From NCBI RefSeq assembly GCF_006345805.1, contig NC_043000.1, forward strand, positions 105,586,001 through 105,650,000: a stretch of 64,000 nucleotides of DNA, in the 5' to 3' direction. Of the stretch, positions 12,476 to 25,781 are shown piece by piece. A model generated the notes under the pieces. That model saw only the letters and a program-made list of their open reading frames with translations. It ran no database searches and had not been told where the DNA came from. A program made the translations under genes and the position numbers. The number at the start of each line of letters is the position of its first letter. The first letter of the stretch is position 1. This DNA comes from Octopus sinensis (Eukaryota).

Positions 12476-14886
12476 TGATGCTAAGGTTGTCATTACAATA
12501 TAACCATAGGTTAACCTTCATCAATAAGCTCAAAGACACAAATCCTTCTCAGTCCTACTATACTTCTGTCAAATTGACGATCATGCTGCATACTCTCATA
12601 TTCAGTGATGAATCACATTGTACTCTCAACACTTTCAAGTCTATCCTTAAACTCAAACATTCTGATGATGGTGACAGTGGAGTCAGGGAAGATGGACTAG
12701 GCAGTGTAACAGCTGCAGTTGTTCAGCATTTATTGTTGGTGATATGTATTTCAACAAAGAGTTTGGGCTATAGAAGCTATTGATGTTGTAGCTATTTCTT
12801 TGTGTAAGTGTTCTTTATGCTTATCCAGACCAAGTGAATGTGTTTTAGGATTTTCTGGGGTTACGGTGTTGGGATGTGGTTTTTTATGTAGTGACAGGGA
12901 TAATGGGGACTGAAACCTCCAGCAGTAACAAACTGTAGCTGTTGCATATTCAGATGGCCTTTCATTTATAGTACTTTAGTTGTAATATGGCAGTGGTGTA
13001 CAGGTATGATTTATGTACAAACTTATGTTACACAGCAGTCTGTTTTGTATTCTTTATAGTTATTGTGCTTTGTTGGAGAGACTGGTATAGCCCATGATGG
13101 ATCTGATGTGTGTACATCATTGTGGCTTCTTTCTGTTGGTCAAATATGGTACCTAAGTGTTCTAAGTATGTTTACATGTCATTTTGCTTTCTTTACTATC
13201 TGTTAATTCAATATTGCGAATATTGTGGAGTTGTTATGTAAACTCCAATGTTTTAGTCTTTTGTGAACCAGATATATTTATGTTGCTAGTATTTGATGTT
13301 TTCTGATGTCTTTAACAAGAAGGGAGACAAGGGATTTGGTAGTTGCTACTTCAAAGTAGTTATGGAACCAAATTCCTAGAGGATTTAAATAGAATAGTAG
13401 TTGTGCAGCAGTGTCTAGAGAATGGTGAGAGTATATGTATGTGTGACATCATATATCTACAAAGTTTGTATGTTTTATGGTGATGTACTAAAGTTGTGTA
13501 TATATAGGCTGAAAAGAAATCAGTACTCAATTTGGGACATTACAAGTTCTGAAAGTGTTGTCTGGCCCCAAAATGTTCAAGATTTTTAATTTCCCTCTTG
13601 CACTTTGTGCACCTGAAAGAAAGGAGGGATAAAAACTGTGGAACAGACATATTTTTCATTTTGTATTCTTATAAGTTAGTGCAGCTTTTGGTTGCTGACT
13701 TTTAAGAAATACCTGTTAGGGTGTTATTTGAGGCTGTTATTGTAACACAGAGTGGGGCATGATGTAACTGTTGTTGTACTTATTATGCTATATTTTTATT
13801 AGTTTTTTTTTAAACTTTTTACTCCTATGTTTGCTTATTTTTGTTGTTTTGTTTGTTTTTTGGAGGGCTCCTTTATTTACTTGGTGCTAAGCTTTATTTT
13901 AGTTGCAAATGAATTTGGTGCATTGTTTGAGGTTGTCTGTGGTTTTAATGACGATGACTCTTTCTGGTGTAAATAAGGTTATATTTTCTTTGCTCTTTGT
14001 TGAATATGTTTTTTAATGTAAATCAATAATTATTTTGTTGTGTGAGTGCCTATAATGGCAATTATGGTGTTGCTGAACTCTAAAAACCTTGAATATTTCT
14101 TGGCAGAACTTGTTCCACTGTGCTTTTTAGAAGTTTATAAAAGTCCTTTTTTTCTTTCTTTCTTTATTGACAGGCAAGTGTGTTGTGATGATAACTTGTA
14201 GGTAGTTTGAGGAAATTTGGAGAACTGTTTACTAATTAGCTGTGTAACTAACAGTGGGAGAAGACGGTGATGTCTGAGAAAGAATTGTTGTAATTATAGT
14301 GATTTCAGGGGAAATTTACTGCTTTCTCTAAGATCCCTGCTCTGGCAGTCCATCTGAATATGAGTTTCAGATTTTTTTTTCAACCACCATATCCAGATTA
14401 AGCGTCCTGATACTCAGACTATTCATTATGTTGCTGTTCCTGACATAATGCATAAGGTCAACTCATTTTGAACAGACCTATGAACAAAGACATTCCTGTC
14501 ACAATAACCACATTATCCTACATGCACTTTTATAAGATAAGGTGTGATTTGAGAGAGATTTCAGTGCTACCGCTAGGCTCCCTGCTTTGACAATCTATCT
14601 GAACATTGATTGCTGACTATTGCAGCTACTGTCTGGATTAGTTCCTAATGTCATGCACAGAAACACACTCATCTATATCAAAGGATTGAATTATTACAAG
14701 TAAGATGTGGCTTGTCACACTAGTGTAATTGTTGTTGTTGAGTTGGTAAATTGCATGTGTTGGTGTGGATTATTTAGGATATCAAGGGAGTCTAGTTGCA
14801 ATGATATTATGCCAACTCTCATTACTTATACTTTCAAAATCATGAGTACATTAAAATCTTCCCTACTGATGGTATTTGTGAGAGTA

Positions 14887-15109
14887 TTAACCCCCTTAGC
14901 ATTCAGATTACTGCCAAATGTGAGACATATTCATATTGTTTTGGATTAATCATGCATTATCTCTTAGCTTTGAGATTTTGATAATGTAAATGTTTATTTT
15001 TAGAATGGCATAGCAGGGTAGGTGTGAAAGGCTAGACTTAGCTGGTTTGAATATAAAACAGGTAAAATATTTGGGCCAAATATTGCTGGTTTAAATACTA
15101 AAGGGTTAA
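14887..15109. mobile_element. piggyBac-type MITE (about 220 bp), copy 1
   Basis: TTAA-CCCCCTTAGCATT...AATACTAAAGGG-TTAA. Internal sequence is shared with 38649-38872 and 58964-59192. Confidence 0.85.
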
Positions 15110-16413
15110 AGTGTTTAGCTACGGTTTGAAACCTTGTGGGATAGCTGATAGTGGCATATGCTTATTACATTAATATACTTTGTGGTATTAGCTACTGTTT
15201 TGAAAAACTATTTAAGTGTTGAGTTTTTCCCTATTAGTTTATGAATATCACTTGTGATATCAATGTAACAAGTGCAAGTTTCAATCTAATTTGATTATGG
15301 TACAATTTGAAATGGTAGGTGTTCAGTGTTCATGCAGTGTTGCAAATCATAAAATTTTTTAGTTTCAGAAAGGTGTTTGCAATGTTGTATTGCACAATTT
15401 TAGATTGTCAGATGTTGATGCTTGGTGGAAGGTGTTTGGTGCAGACTATTGAATAAGATGAAGATTATCAAATGCAAGCAGTTCAGTAAAGGATGTTAGA
15501 TGAAAGTGAAGGCTATTCGAAGAAAACTGATGCTTTGAATTTATAACTCAAGAATTTATTTGGAAACTACCATATTACGTATCTGAGTTGCTAATAACAA
15601 TGTGGACCACTGAGTTAAAGACAATGCCAAGTAATCATCTAAGTGAAACATCTGCAGCTTTCCACTAACTCTCCCAATAGATAAAAATATTTCATGACCA
15701 TCTACTAGGTATTACCCACAAGTAGATGAGCTATACATAGAACTATGTACTCTTATCAGAAATACAATAAATTTAAACCTACAATACATGCTTACCAACA
15801 TGCTAAAAATGTGGAGATCATTTTTTTACTCTAAAAATATTAACAGTCAAACAAATGTCAGACTCACAAACTGCTACTTCCTTCATAAATAAAAAGGCAA
15901 CTAAGGAAAACGATTTAATAATGAATCAAAACTACTTAATGCTTTGACTGGTCTTAGGTTTCAACATACCTAGTAACAATGCAAAACTCTACTGAATAAA
16001 CATTTTTAAGCAAAGCAACTTTACATAAATAATGTTTAGAGAATGAATTTGTCTGTTTTTAAACAATTTCTCAACTCAATTCACACAGTTTATATAATAC
16101 TCAATAACTTAAACTGAGTATCAGATAACTATGATGAAACAAATGTCTGGCCAAAGTCTAATGGATAAATTTTTTCAGTAAACAAATCTTAATTAAAAAA
16201 ATGCCACTGACATAACCTTTGCAAAACAAACTGACCAATGACTGGACATATTATATCAAGAACAAAAAAAATCACACAAAGTAACCTTGCTTCAATTCTT
16301 TCCAAACATTACTTGTGCAATATAGATTAAAATGGCAGAGGTGAAAAGAAAAAAATTTCTTTTTTAAAAACATTAAAAATATAAACAATTCAAAGGCAGA
16401 CACTTATACATAC

Positions 16414-19400
16414 CTTGAGATGTTGTCAGGTGGGCACAAAATGGTTTGGAATCAAAGACACTTGATGCAGTTGCTGAAGAGAGCACAGAATTTGAGGTGG
16501 TGAAGTAACTGTGCAGACTAGTAGGTAACAAGTGCGATAGAGAAGAGGAAGAAGAAGAAGAAGTGGTGGTGGAGGAAGAGGAAGAACAAGGGTTGTGTGT
16601 AGAGAGGACATTAGGAGCAAGAACTTTACTGCCAGGTGAGGCAAACTGGGACAGAGCTGTGCTGACAACTGCATTAGCAGCCGATACAGAACTACCACTA
16701 CTGTCTATACTTGTCGTCCAAGTGGGCAGCCCCAGATGGCTATTGGCCACTGCAGAAGTGCACAGCTCTGCAGCAGTTGTTGCAGTAGTCTGTAACTGAA
16801 CAGCTGAAGACTGGTGTGTTTGTGGAACACTAATCAAACCTGTTGCTAGACTACTGCTGCTGCTACTGCTGTTCTTGACTGCATGTAATGTAGCAGCTAA
16901 TTTGGAATTAACAGCTTGCTGATGCAAGACATTACTACTAGGAAAGCTATAGTTTGTAGGTATCTCTTGCATTACATACAGATTATTGTCAAAAAGCTTG
17001 CCACTTTCATCCTTACAGTTTGATTTCTGACTAATCTGATTTGACTTCAAAACTTCACTATCTCCCGATTCTGAAGGAGAATCAGATGGTTCTGATACAC
17101 TTCCCAAACCAGAATCATTATTCAAAGACATCACATTTTTAACATTAGTATCCTTATCCGAGAAAGGAGTAGAAGTGATGGCTACGGAACCTGTGAGGCT
17201 GCTCTGGTTAGAACTCTCAGATTCAGCATCTGAGAGAGAGGCTACTTTACTGCTGTCAGGACTCTCTTGAATTTGATTTAGCTCCACTGTGGTAGTATCA
17301 CGCGTGGTCGTGGTGGTAGTAGTAGTAGTGGCTGTAGTGGTGGTAGTGGTGGTGGTAGTGGTAGTGGTGGTGCTGAAGGTGGTATTACTGCTGCTGTCAC
17401 TGGTAGAAGAGCGATCCGTTTTCTCACTTGCTGGAATCTTAACCTGATGTACTTTCAACGTGCTCTGATGCAACCCACTTGACAGTGATGAGACAGCTGA
17501 ATTATTGCTGGCAACACTGCCACCCGACGTACTGCTTTTGTCAGAACAACTTTTATAGAATGGAACATTGTGCTTATCAGAAGCCCAGTGGATATTCACA
17601 GAGCCACAAGCTCGGTCAGCTTTACTAGTCCGTGGAGCATTGTTAGCACACTTTTTCTGTTTGCGTACACTTCCAGTCTGCCCTGCTGAAGTTTTCCTGA
17701 GTGAAGAAAACAAACTTGGCTCTGTTTTACTTTGCTCTGAAACATCAACACCACAGTGAGCAAACCTTTTATCAACAAGCTCTGCTGAAGGATTGTGTGA
17801 AGTTGACTTGCTCCCGTCTTTGCTATGACTAGACTGAAAGGCCACCACAGCTGAGTTTGATGCATTCTGGCTGTTTTTCGAATGACCTAGTAAATTTTGA
17901 CCATTGAGTCCAACACATTGATTGGTTTGTTCTTTAATGTTACCCAGCTGTATATGACCATGGCTTATGGGTTTTGATAGAGTTGTGTTTGTGTGATGTC
18001 CAAGACTATCACAGATATACGTATTCTTATTAGGTAGAGAGTTCGAACAGGTGTACGGTGTCTTGGGACTACCACTTTCAGATTCTTTACTATTTACAGG
18101 TAACTTAGACTTTAGACCAGCCATCAATTCTCCTCTAACTGATTGGGTATCCAATGCTGGGATTAGGTCTTGCAGGCTGTCAGATCTTGAAGGGCTATTT
18201 TCATTCACTGACTCTAAATGGCCAGTATGTGGATTGATTAGCTGACCCCCTGTAGTGGAGTCTTTTGACAAAAGATTTGAGATCTGCCCAGATTTTCCTG
18301 CAGAATAATGTTGGACATTTGCAGGCAGTGTATTAGCATCACTTCTCTTGTGATCAACAGAAAGTTTCTCATTTATTAACATATCTGAACTTTGAGATTT
18401 TGCAGAAACAGGACTATAGTCTTTTGGGTTGAATGTAGGACTCGGGCAGGTAACATTGGGGGCAGATAATATGCCTTGGCTAGCCACAGCTGTTGACAAT
18501 GTATTGGTGCTACTAGTTAGCGAAGAGGAAACGTTATATGACATTAGAGGAGAATTAGATGTGATCTGAAGAGATCCATCCCCGGCAACAGAAACCTGGG
18601 TGTTTGGGTTCTTCGGCTCTTTTATTTTTCTCTGCCGACGTTTACGCTTAGGTGGACTGGCATCTGGAGGGGGGAGCATTTTACTAGAGGCCAGATTATT
18701 AAAGGGACCTGATAGAGCGTCTGTCTGGAGCAAGTTAACCAGTAAGGGGCTGGAGGAAGTGACTGGCTTCGACATGCGAGGCACATTGTTCACAGTTGTT
18801 GTAGTGTGTGGATAGGGAGGGGGTGGAGGCAAGCCTGTTGGTGTCATACTTGCCCTGGTTGTGGTGGATGCATGGGATAAACTCTGTGTGGAGGGGTATT
18901 TGATGCCAGGCTGACCAATTGGACTGCGACTGGTGCTTGGAGAGGACAATAAACCTTGACTTTGCGAAGCAGGGTATCCAGTGGGGCTGCGCCCTGGCGG
19001 TAGAGCTGAACTAGTTGTCGACGTCGAACAACGCGAGAATGACACGGTATTGATCACACTGTTTGGTCTAAAGGGTATTGGTTCACACGATGATGCCACC
19101 ACATTGGGAGACCTAAAGACTTCACTAGCCGGAGATGAGCAGTTCAATATCGAGTCCACCAAAGAAGTTCCAGGGCTAATAAATTTATTAACATCTTTCT
19201 TGCTGCTTGGTAAGGTAGACAGACTACCAGTGTCCTGGTTTGGTGCAATCTGGTCATGTAAGGGATTAGCCATACTCGCAGCAGGAGATGAGCTCTTGAA
19301 TACCAACTCTGTTCGTTCATTGTTGTGACCAGCAATAGTCAGTGATATCAACTGATCACCTTCAATTTGCACAGCCAGTACTCCAAGTTCCTTTAATGCA

Positions 19401-19515
19401 GCATGACCTTGTTGAGCCAACTGTTTCAAACGTACAGCTGCCTCACGAGGGATATTGAATGTAACTCGAACACTATTCCATGGTTCCACTTTCTTCAACA
19501 CTAGCTTTCGCTTAT
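16414..19515 (-). CDS. NCOA6: NCOA6 coding exon 2 (3102 nt, phase 1-1): rest of the N-terminal NCOA6 domain, PPxY, NR boxes, basic NLS-like patch
   Basis: [32 protein letters not shown]...LGVLAVQIEG closely matches the remembered human NCOA6 segment [25 protein letters not shown]...LGILSVQIEG. SSPLLVNLLQTD matches the SPLLVNLLQSD NR box. Acceptor tttgtttcttgcag|AT at 19516/19515 and donor CAAG|gtatgt at 16414/16413. Confidence 0.95.
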
Positions 19516-22500
19516 CTGCAAGAAACAAAGAAAAGATACAGAGTTAATATTTCAGCTCACTAAGATTTAAATCTCTCTCACACACACATACATACACACA
19601 CACGCACGCACGCACTTCACATTTGTTTTTACAAATTTTGGTTATTCTTTGGAAATACATTTTCAATTAGTAATAAAGCAGAGAAATGATGACATGAGGA
19701 GAGGGAATCTCTTTCAAGAACGGCTTGCTAATGATTCTATCACACTCAATTGTAAACCAAAGTTAGTTTCAATAATAATTTGCAGAGAAAAGTTGAAATG
19801 ATTTATTCAAAAAATCCATTTATTTTACAATTTGTTCCTCCTAAGATATTGTTTTGGGGATTATTAATTCAAAATTCATAACTTTTTATTCATTTTGTAT
19901 GAATCAGTAGATAACAAAAAAAAACATTTAACTTTACATTTTGAGGATGAAAAACAGACAAGAGGGGATATGTATATGTGTGCATAAGCATGCACATGTG
20001 CAAGGGTTAAGTTGGGCAACTACACCCATGAATTATGAACATATATCTAATTGCAGACGTTACCAGAAGCTAAGTTTCACCTATGTTGCATAAGAGGCGA
20101 AGTTACTTTCAGCTGTACACACTTGTCATTGTCTAAATCACCTTACTAACCTAGGAACATAGAAGCACTATCTTTCTCTTTTCCATTTCATTTCTGTGTT
20201 AAACTCTTGGCTAGCTCCCTATCTAGGGTAATATTTGTTTCAACCACTTAATACCACATAAATCAGAGACATGAATCGACTAATATTAAAGATACATATT
20301 TAGTTAATTTTAGACACTGCACAGTCAAAGAAAATACTTTAATAGTTAGTTCTTTATAACCAAATAATTACTCAACAATTAAGCAGGAGTGACACCTGTT
20401 GTTATTTAGGAAGACTTGAGTGAGATGTGTGCATGTTGTCAAAGAGTACAAGAGAAAATGACAATATTATTGAACTGTTTTAAGAACATTTAAAAGTTTT
20501 ATCTCAACATTCTTTTATACTGGAACTATTTATATATGTAGGTCCAAAGTATGAGTTGCATTCTACACTTTCTACACACTTTATTGCTGTTCCTAAGTAA
20601 ATAAGTAATCGGAACCTACATACTATCTTCCAACATATTAAGGCCACTAGAATTGTGAGCTCTCAATTACTGAAATTTTTTCCTTTAGTTTACAGATGCT
20701 GTCTATATGAGTAGACAGCAGCATCCTTGTCATCATGATTATTACCTCCCCACCCATACTTCAGGTAGACATATTACTCCTTACCCCAACAGTCCATCTT
20801 TTACACCAATCTGAACATTCTAATTATCTTGACAAGCTTGCAGTCCATACATTCCTGAAACACATCTCTTACAACCATAAACTCTTCTATTCTCACAATC
20901 CACATCACCTGCATCTTACTGCACTGGAACCAAGCATGAGTTAGTAACTGCAATTCCATAGTAATTCCACCCACCAAACACAGCCACTCAGAAATTTCTC
21001 ACACAATCCATAAACTCTGTCATTCTGATTTGTAGACAACAACATGGTCACCACATGCTCTAAGCAATGATGATCCTAAAAGTCTACTTCTAACAAGTTC
21101 TCTTCTTGTGCAAGTGTCTACAGGCATATAGCTGATATGAGGTTAAAGTATGACCTATTTCTTTTGGGCCCATTCAATCTTCTATGTACCCTCAACTTCA
21201 ACAGAATAGTCACTTGCTGCTTGTACAAATCTATCTGACTTGCCAAAAATAGCAGTTAAATCTCATACAAATCTAACCTTACTATTTTTAAAAGAGAAAG
21301 GCATGTTTGATAATGAAGTCCAGACAAAAAGATGGAATGGTTAAAACTAGCTTGATTTGGGCTGAACAATAACAGCTCATCTTGTATCCTATGTATGGAG
21401 CACTCAAAATGGGTAGAATTTGTGCAAGAGGAACACCTAAGTCATGAGACAAAGTGAAGAAGACTAATCACAGGATGCTAAGATTCACAAAAGAAATGAC
21501 TATGACGATTGGCAACACAGTGGTGAGAGAGACAAACACTGCTGCTATTACATTTAATACTCTACTGCTGTTTCTTTTATCTTTTTCCATTTTTCTCTTT
21601 TTTGATCTTTTGCCCTTCATAATGCAGATCCCTCTTTAAGACACAGACTGCAAACAATAGCCAATCCTTTTGGTTCCTTATCAAAACTAGTTCCATCAAC
21701 TTTATTGAGTCCTCTTTATCACATCATTCAGATCATCTTGAATTTCCAATCTGATTCCATCTACATTAAGCAACTTGTGCTTCTTTATACAGCTGCCATC
21801 TTCTACATGCACCACATACAAGTACCAATGCAGTCTTCTCTCTTGCACACTATGCAGAATTATTCTTTCAGTACATTTATAGGTTTGTTATTCATGCATA
21901 CTGACACTGCAACAACTTGATACCTCTGTAAATGCCACTTCTCAAAACATCTCTGCCCTTGTAACAGTTGACTATAACGTTGCTACACTCAATTTGATTA
22001 CTAAACAAGTGACTAGCCCATATCCTAGTCGACCAAGCATCTAAGCATAATTCTTGTTGAACGTTTCCTGCTTTCGTAAGTGTGTGTATGTATGCATGTC
22101 CATCCTGATAGTAATTACTTGCTATAGTAGAAACTTTGCATGGATCAATGACTGTGAGTGATACCATCAAGAGTTCAGTACTCCTTTTTCGGTCAATTAT
22201 GGTAGTAAAGTCAAAGAAACGAATGGAACTAAACATGACTAGCTCTACTTCTAGAGTCTCAAGAGTGGAGCAAGCAAACAGAAAGAACAACAGTGGTTGA
22301 TCTGAATAATGCTTGAAATGGTAATGCCAGATGGAGAGGTTAAATACCACTCAAACCTACAACCAAATTAGCAGCAGTCTGATGTAATTTCATTTGAATA
22401 TAGCCTTCCACATTCAATATGTACCACAGAGGATAGTTCAGAAACTAAAAGGTGTCGGTCACTTCTTAGCAAGCTGAGATCCTCCATAAACAAATACACA

Positions 22501-22572
22501 CCACTGGCTTCGCTTGCTGCTGACATTTCCTTTAACATAGAAAAATTGAAACTCTCAAGCATGAAAAACAGT

Positions 22573-22574
<2 letters not shown>

Positions 22575-22640
<66 letters not shown>
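22575..22640. repeat. (TA)n followed by (CA)n compound microsatellite
   Basis: Direct reading: about 25 TA units then about 8 CA units. Confidence 0.95.
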
Positions 22641-23690
22641 TAGGCTACCCGTGACCCACTGGGTCACCTGGAAAATCTGAGTCTGCCAGCAATGGAGTTT
22701 TGTTTCATGGGATTTTTTTTTGTCTTTTCCAGATTATTTCACATGCTAATGAACATGACATCATAATCACACGTAAACGGTTCCTTTCCCTGGAAAAGGA
22801 AATATTTGGTTGCTGTTTCTTGCATGCTCTGCTACCGTGTAACAGGTATTTTGGGTCCTTTATCGGAAATAGCTGTTATGTGGTAGCAATGCATACTAGA
22901 AATAGCAGCCAAATCTTTAGAGCTGAGATATGATGAATGTACTCCAAAAAATGTTTGTAATGGTATTCCCTTGGGGCAATCTTTTGCTTTGACTCTCAGA
23001 ACTGTCATCTGGATCAGCTGGTTTTGTTTGTTAGTTTTGTTTTAAAGTGAAAGATGTATGAACATGTATATGAATTGGATATTAATTTGATAACATCAAG
23101 TTAACACCAGTTTGATAACATATTAATTTAAAATTAAAATGAGGGTGAAAAATTGGATATTAATTTCATCATCATCATCATCATCGTTAATTTGATAACA
23201 CCAATTTAATACCAATTTGTCACCCACATTTTATTTTTAAATTAATATGTTCTGAAACCGGCAAAAGCTACTGCAGTGAATTATTTTATGCAGTATTATT
23301 TCTGGTAATTTAGTGCGCCGAAACGAGGACTTTTGAAAATAACCACAAGTGTAATAGGTAGAACTACATACATGTTCGACCTCGTGCAGATGTCTGGTGT
23401 GTAGTTCTGCAACTTATATTTGTATGGACAATCATAATGAAGAACTACGGACAAACTGTGTAAGTAAAATTACGTAATTTGTTGATAGTGAAACATTGTT
23501 TATGATTAATCTATATTTTTGTTACTTTTCATTTGTCTTGCTCGCTTAGGTTTCTGGTGTTTGCTAAATTTTCAAGAGAACATTCTTAGTGGTTAGACCA
23601 TAGCGGATCTACTTCTAGCATTAGGGTTGTCCATATAGTGGTCATCCCTCTCATATGTGTGTAGTATATATATATATATATATATATATA
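22640..23690 (-). mobile_element. Helitron-like non-autonomous element
   Basis: Perfect inverted repeat GTGACCCA-C-TGGGTCAC (22651-22667) lies 7 nt from a terminal CTAG (22643-22640 on minus) followed by T. The other end is tentatively placed at the (TA)n-ACTAC motif near 23690. Confidence 0.55.
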
Positions 23691-25781
23691 AATCATCATC
23701 ATCATCTTTTAACGTCCGCCTTCCTTGCTGGCATATATATATATATACATACATACATGAAAAATAGGATTGCTTTGACTTTGTTGCTCTTAGGAATATC
23801 CATTTACCAATTCACTTTCTCTAAAAATTTGTTCTTTTTTAAAATATCACTTGCTCATCATGATAGTTGGTCATCATCTGGTTTTACCTTGCCTGTTTAC
23901 GTGTTTAAAATTTACCTGATGATAATAGTAAATTTTAACCCTCACTTGTGTTTTTTTAAACGTATGTCACACCTGGAACCATCCCTGAGTTGGATCTAAG
24001 ATTTATATAGAATTAGCTGCCTCTGTATGTGTGTGCGCGCGCACACACACACACACACACACAAAGATGGAGGTGAATTTCCATTATACCCAAATACAAT
24101 GAATTTTTCAGTTTAATGGGGCTTGTTTCAATAACTGGTCATAATTCTTACAGCAACAACTTTAAAACAGTTTTGTTTTAGGAGTTTGTATTTGTGTCAC
24201 TGAACTCCTAGCAACTAAAATTTCTCACTACAATGGGGAAAAAAAAAATTTTCCCCCTAAGAAAGAAGACCTATACAGTCAGACATACATATTATATAGA
24301 ATATTGATTCAAGTATGGACAATGTGACATCAAGAAGTCTGGTTATATTAACCATTAGTGAGACACTGTATTGAGAACATGCAGCTGTATCAAAGAGACT
24401 AAATATGGAGTTGTCTGTGTTGCCATATGTTAGTATCCTTTATGTTACAGTCCAAGACAGTAATTCTGCAAAACCAAAACAAAGATAGTCCAATTCACAT
24501 TGTTCTTTAAATATGTGTTGAAAGCATACTAATATGCTAATTTTGACAAGCAGTACGTATGGAAATTCTATGCTTATTTAAAAAAACTTTAACATGAGTA
24601 GATGCTAAGAGAGAACCATGAAATATGTATTAACATATGCACACACATACTGACATTATATATACACACACATACATCACATACAGACACACAAAAAGAT
24701 ATATGTATATGGAAGATCTCTGTAATAGTTCACTATATGAACATAATGCTTTCATCTAATCATATCATTATTTTATATACTAAGTTACACTTAAAAAATA
24801 TTTCAAATAAATGTGAGAATAAGATGACTGAAAACAGTGATATTACAATCTTTACAACATATTCATAGTCTTCCTTCTCTCTCAATCTCCATATCACTTT
24901 CACCACCCCAACTATCTACTTTCTGCTTTTCCTCGAGACATTTACTTCCACTCTTAACTTCTCACTTTTAAAGTTTTCTGTTTCTGTCACAATCTATCAT
25001 TCACTATTCACCATTATCTATACCAATGCCACAACTATAACCAACTATTTCTTACTCTTTCATTACATGACACAAAAGGTAGGTAGATAGGCACATACTG
25101 TTGTATCAATATACAATCCCTGCATTTTTGTGAATAATGATTTTTGTAACAATCATGACCATTTCATCATCTTTTTATGGATTCAGATTAGTAAGTACAA
25201 AAATATATCATCCATGATTCTTTCCAAATTCTAATTTCAAATCCAAGAGACAGTACCAGTTAAAATTAATAAAATCTAGTATAATTTATCGTGAAACAAT
25301 TTTAATGTTATTACAAAGTAATAATTCAAAATAATACAATTTTTGAAGGATTACAATAGGTACTTGCATCCCTTGATGTATGAATGCAGAGAAGCATACA
25401 AATTTATGCACACTGCATGAATAACAATCTCTAGAATGTACTTTAGGTAATGCACTCACACCTAGACACAAACACACTACACATATACATGTCAATGATG
25501 TTTATCCCAAAAAAGGACCACCAACTTGGACCAGTATAGCTTGGCATCAATGTCATCACGAGTGTTGGAATCAGCATGCAAAGATTCATAACAAAAGACT
25601 GCAAGACATCATGACTAACCCTCAAACTCTTCCACAAATCCACCACTAACTCTGTAGGATTTGAGTGCAGAGCATTTGAGCAAATACCACAAGACATTCT
25701 ACCCAATATTAATGACTGTCAATTCACTTTCCTATACATTTATACATTTGCATACATACACTCCCTCTTTCTCTCTCTCTC

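Noticed and set aside
4496-19335. Short overlapping and antisense ORFs inside the two large exons (for example 4496-4768, 6964-7209, 18981-19328)
   Set aside because: They are shadows of a comparatively GC-rich, stop-poor coding region, with no motifs or independent signals.
16373-19528. Ends of the 1051-aa ORF (MFLA start and MYKCLPLNCLYF end) as real protein termini
   Set aside because: Both lie beyond canonical splice sites at 19515 and 16414. The same applies to the ends of ORFs 4143-7547 and 631-840.
21892-22562. Two protein-like minus-strand ORFs (152 and 64 aa) as a nested gene or extra NCOA6 exon
   Set aside because: The only recognisable part, IVNCYKGRDVLRSGIYRGIKLL, is an RTE reverse transcriptase fragment. 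No convincing splice sites frame the rest.
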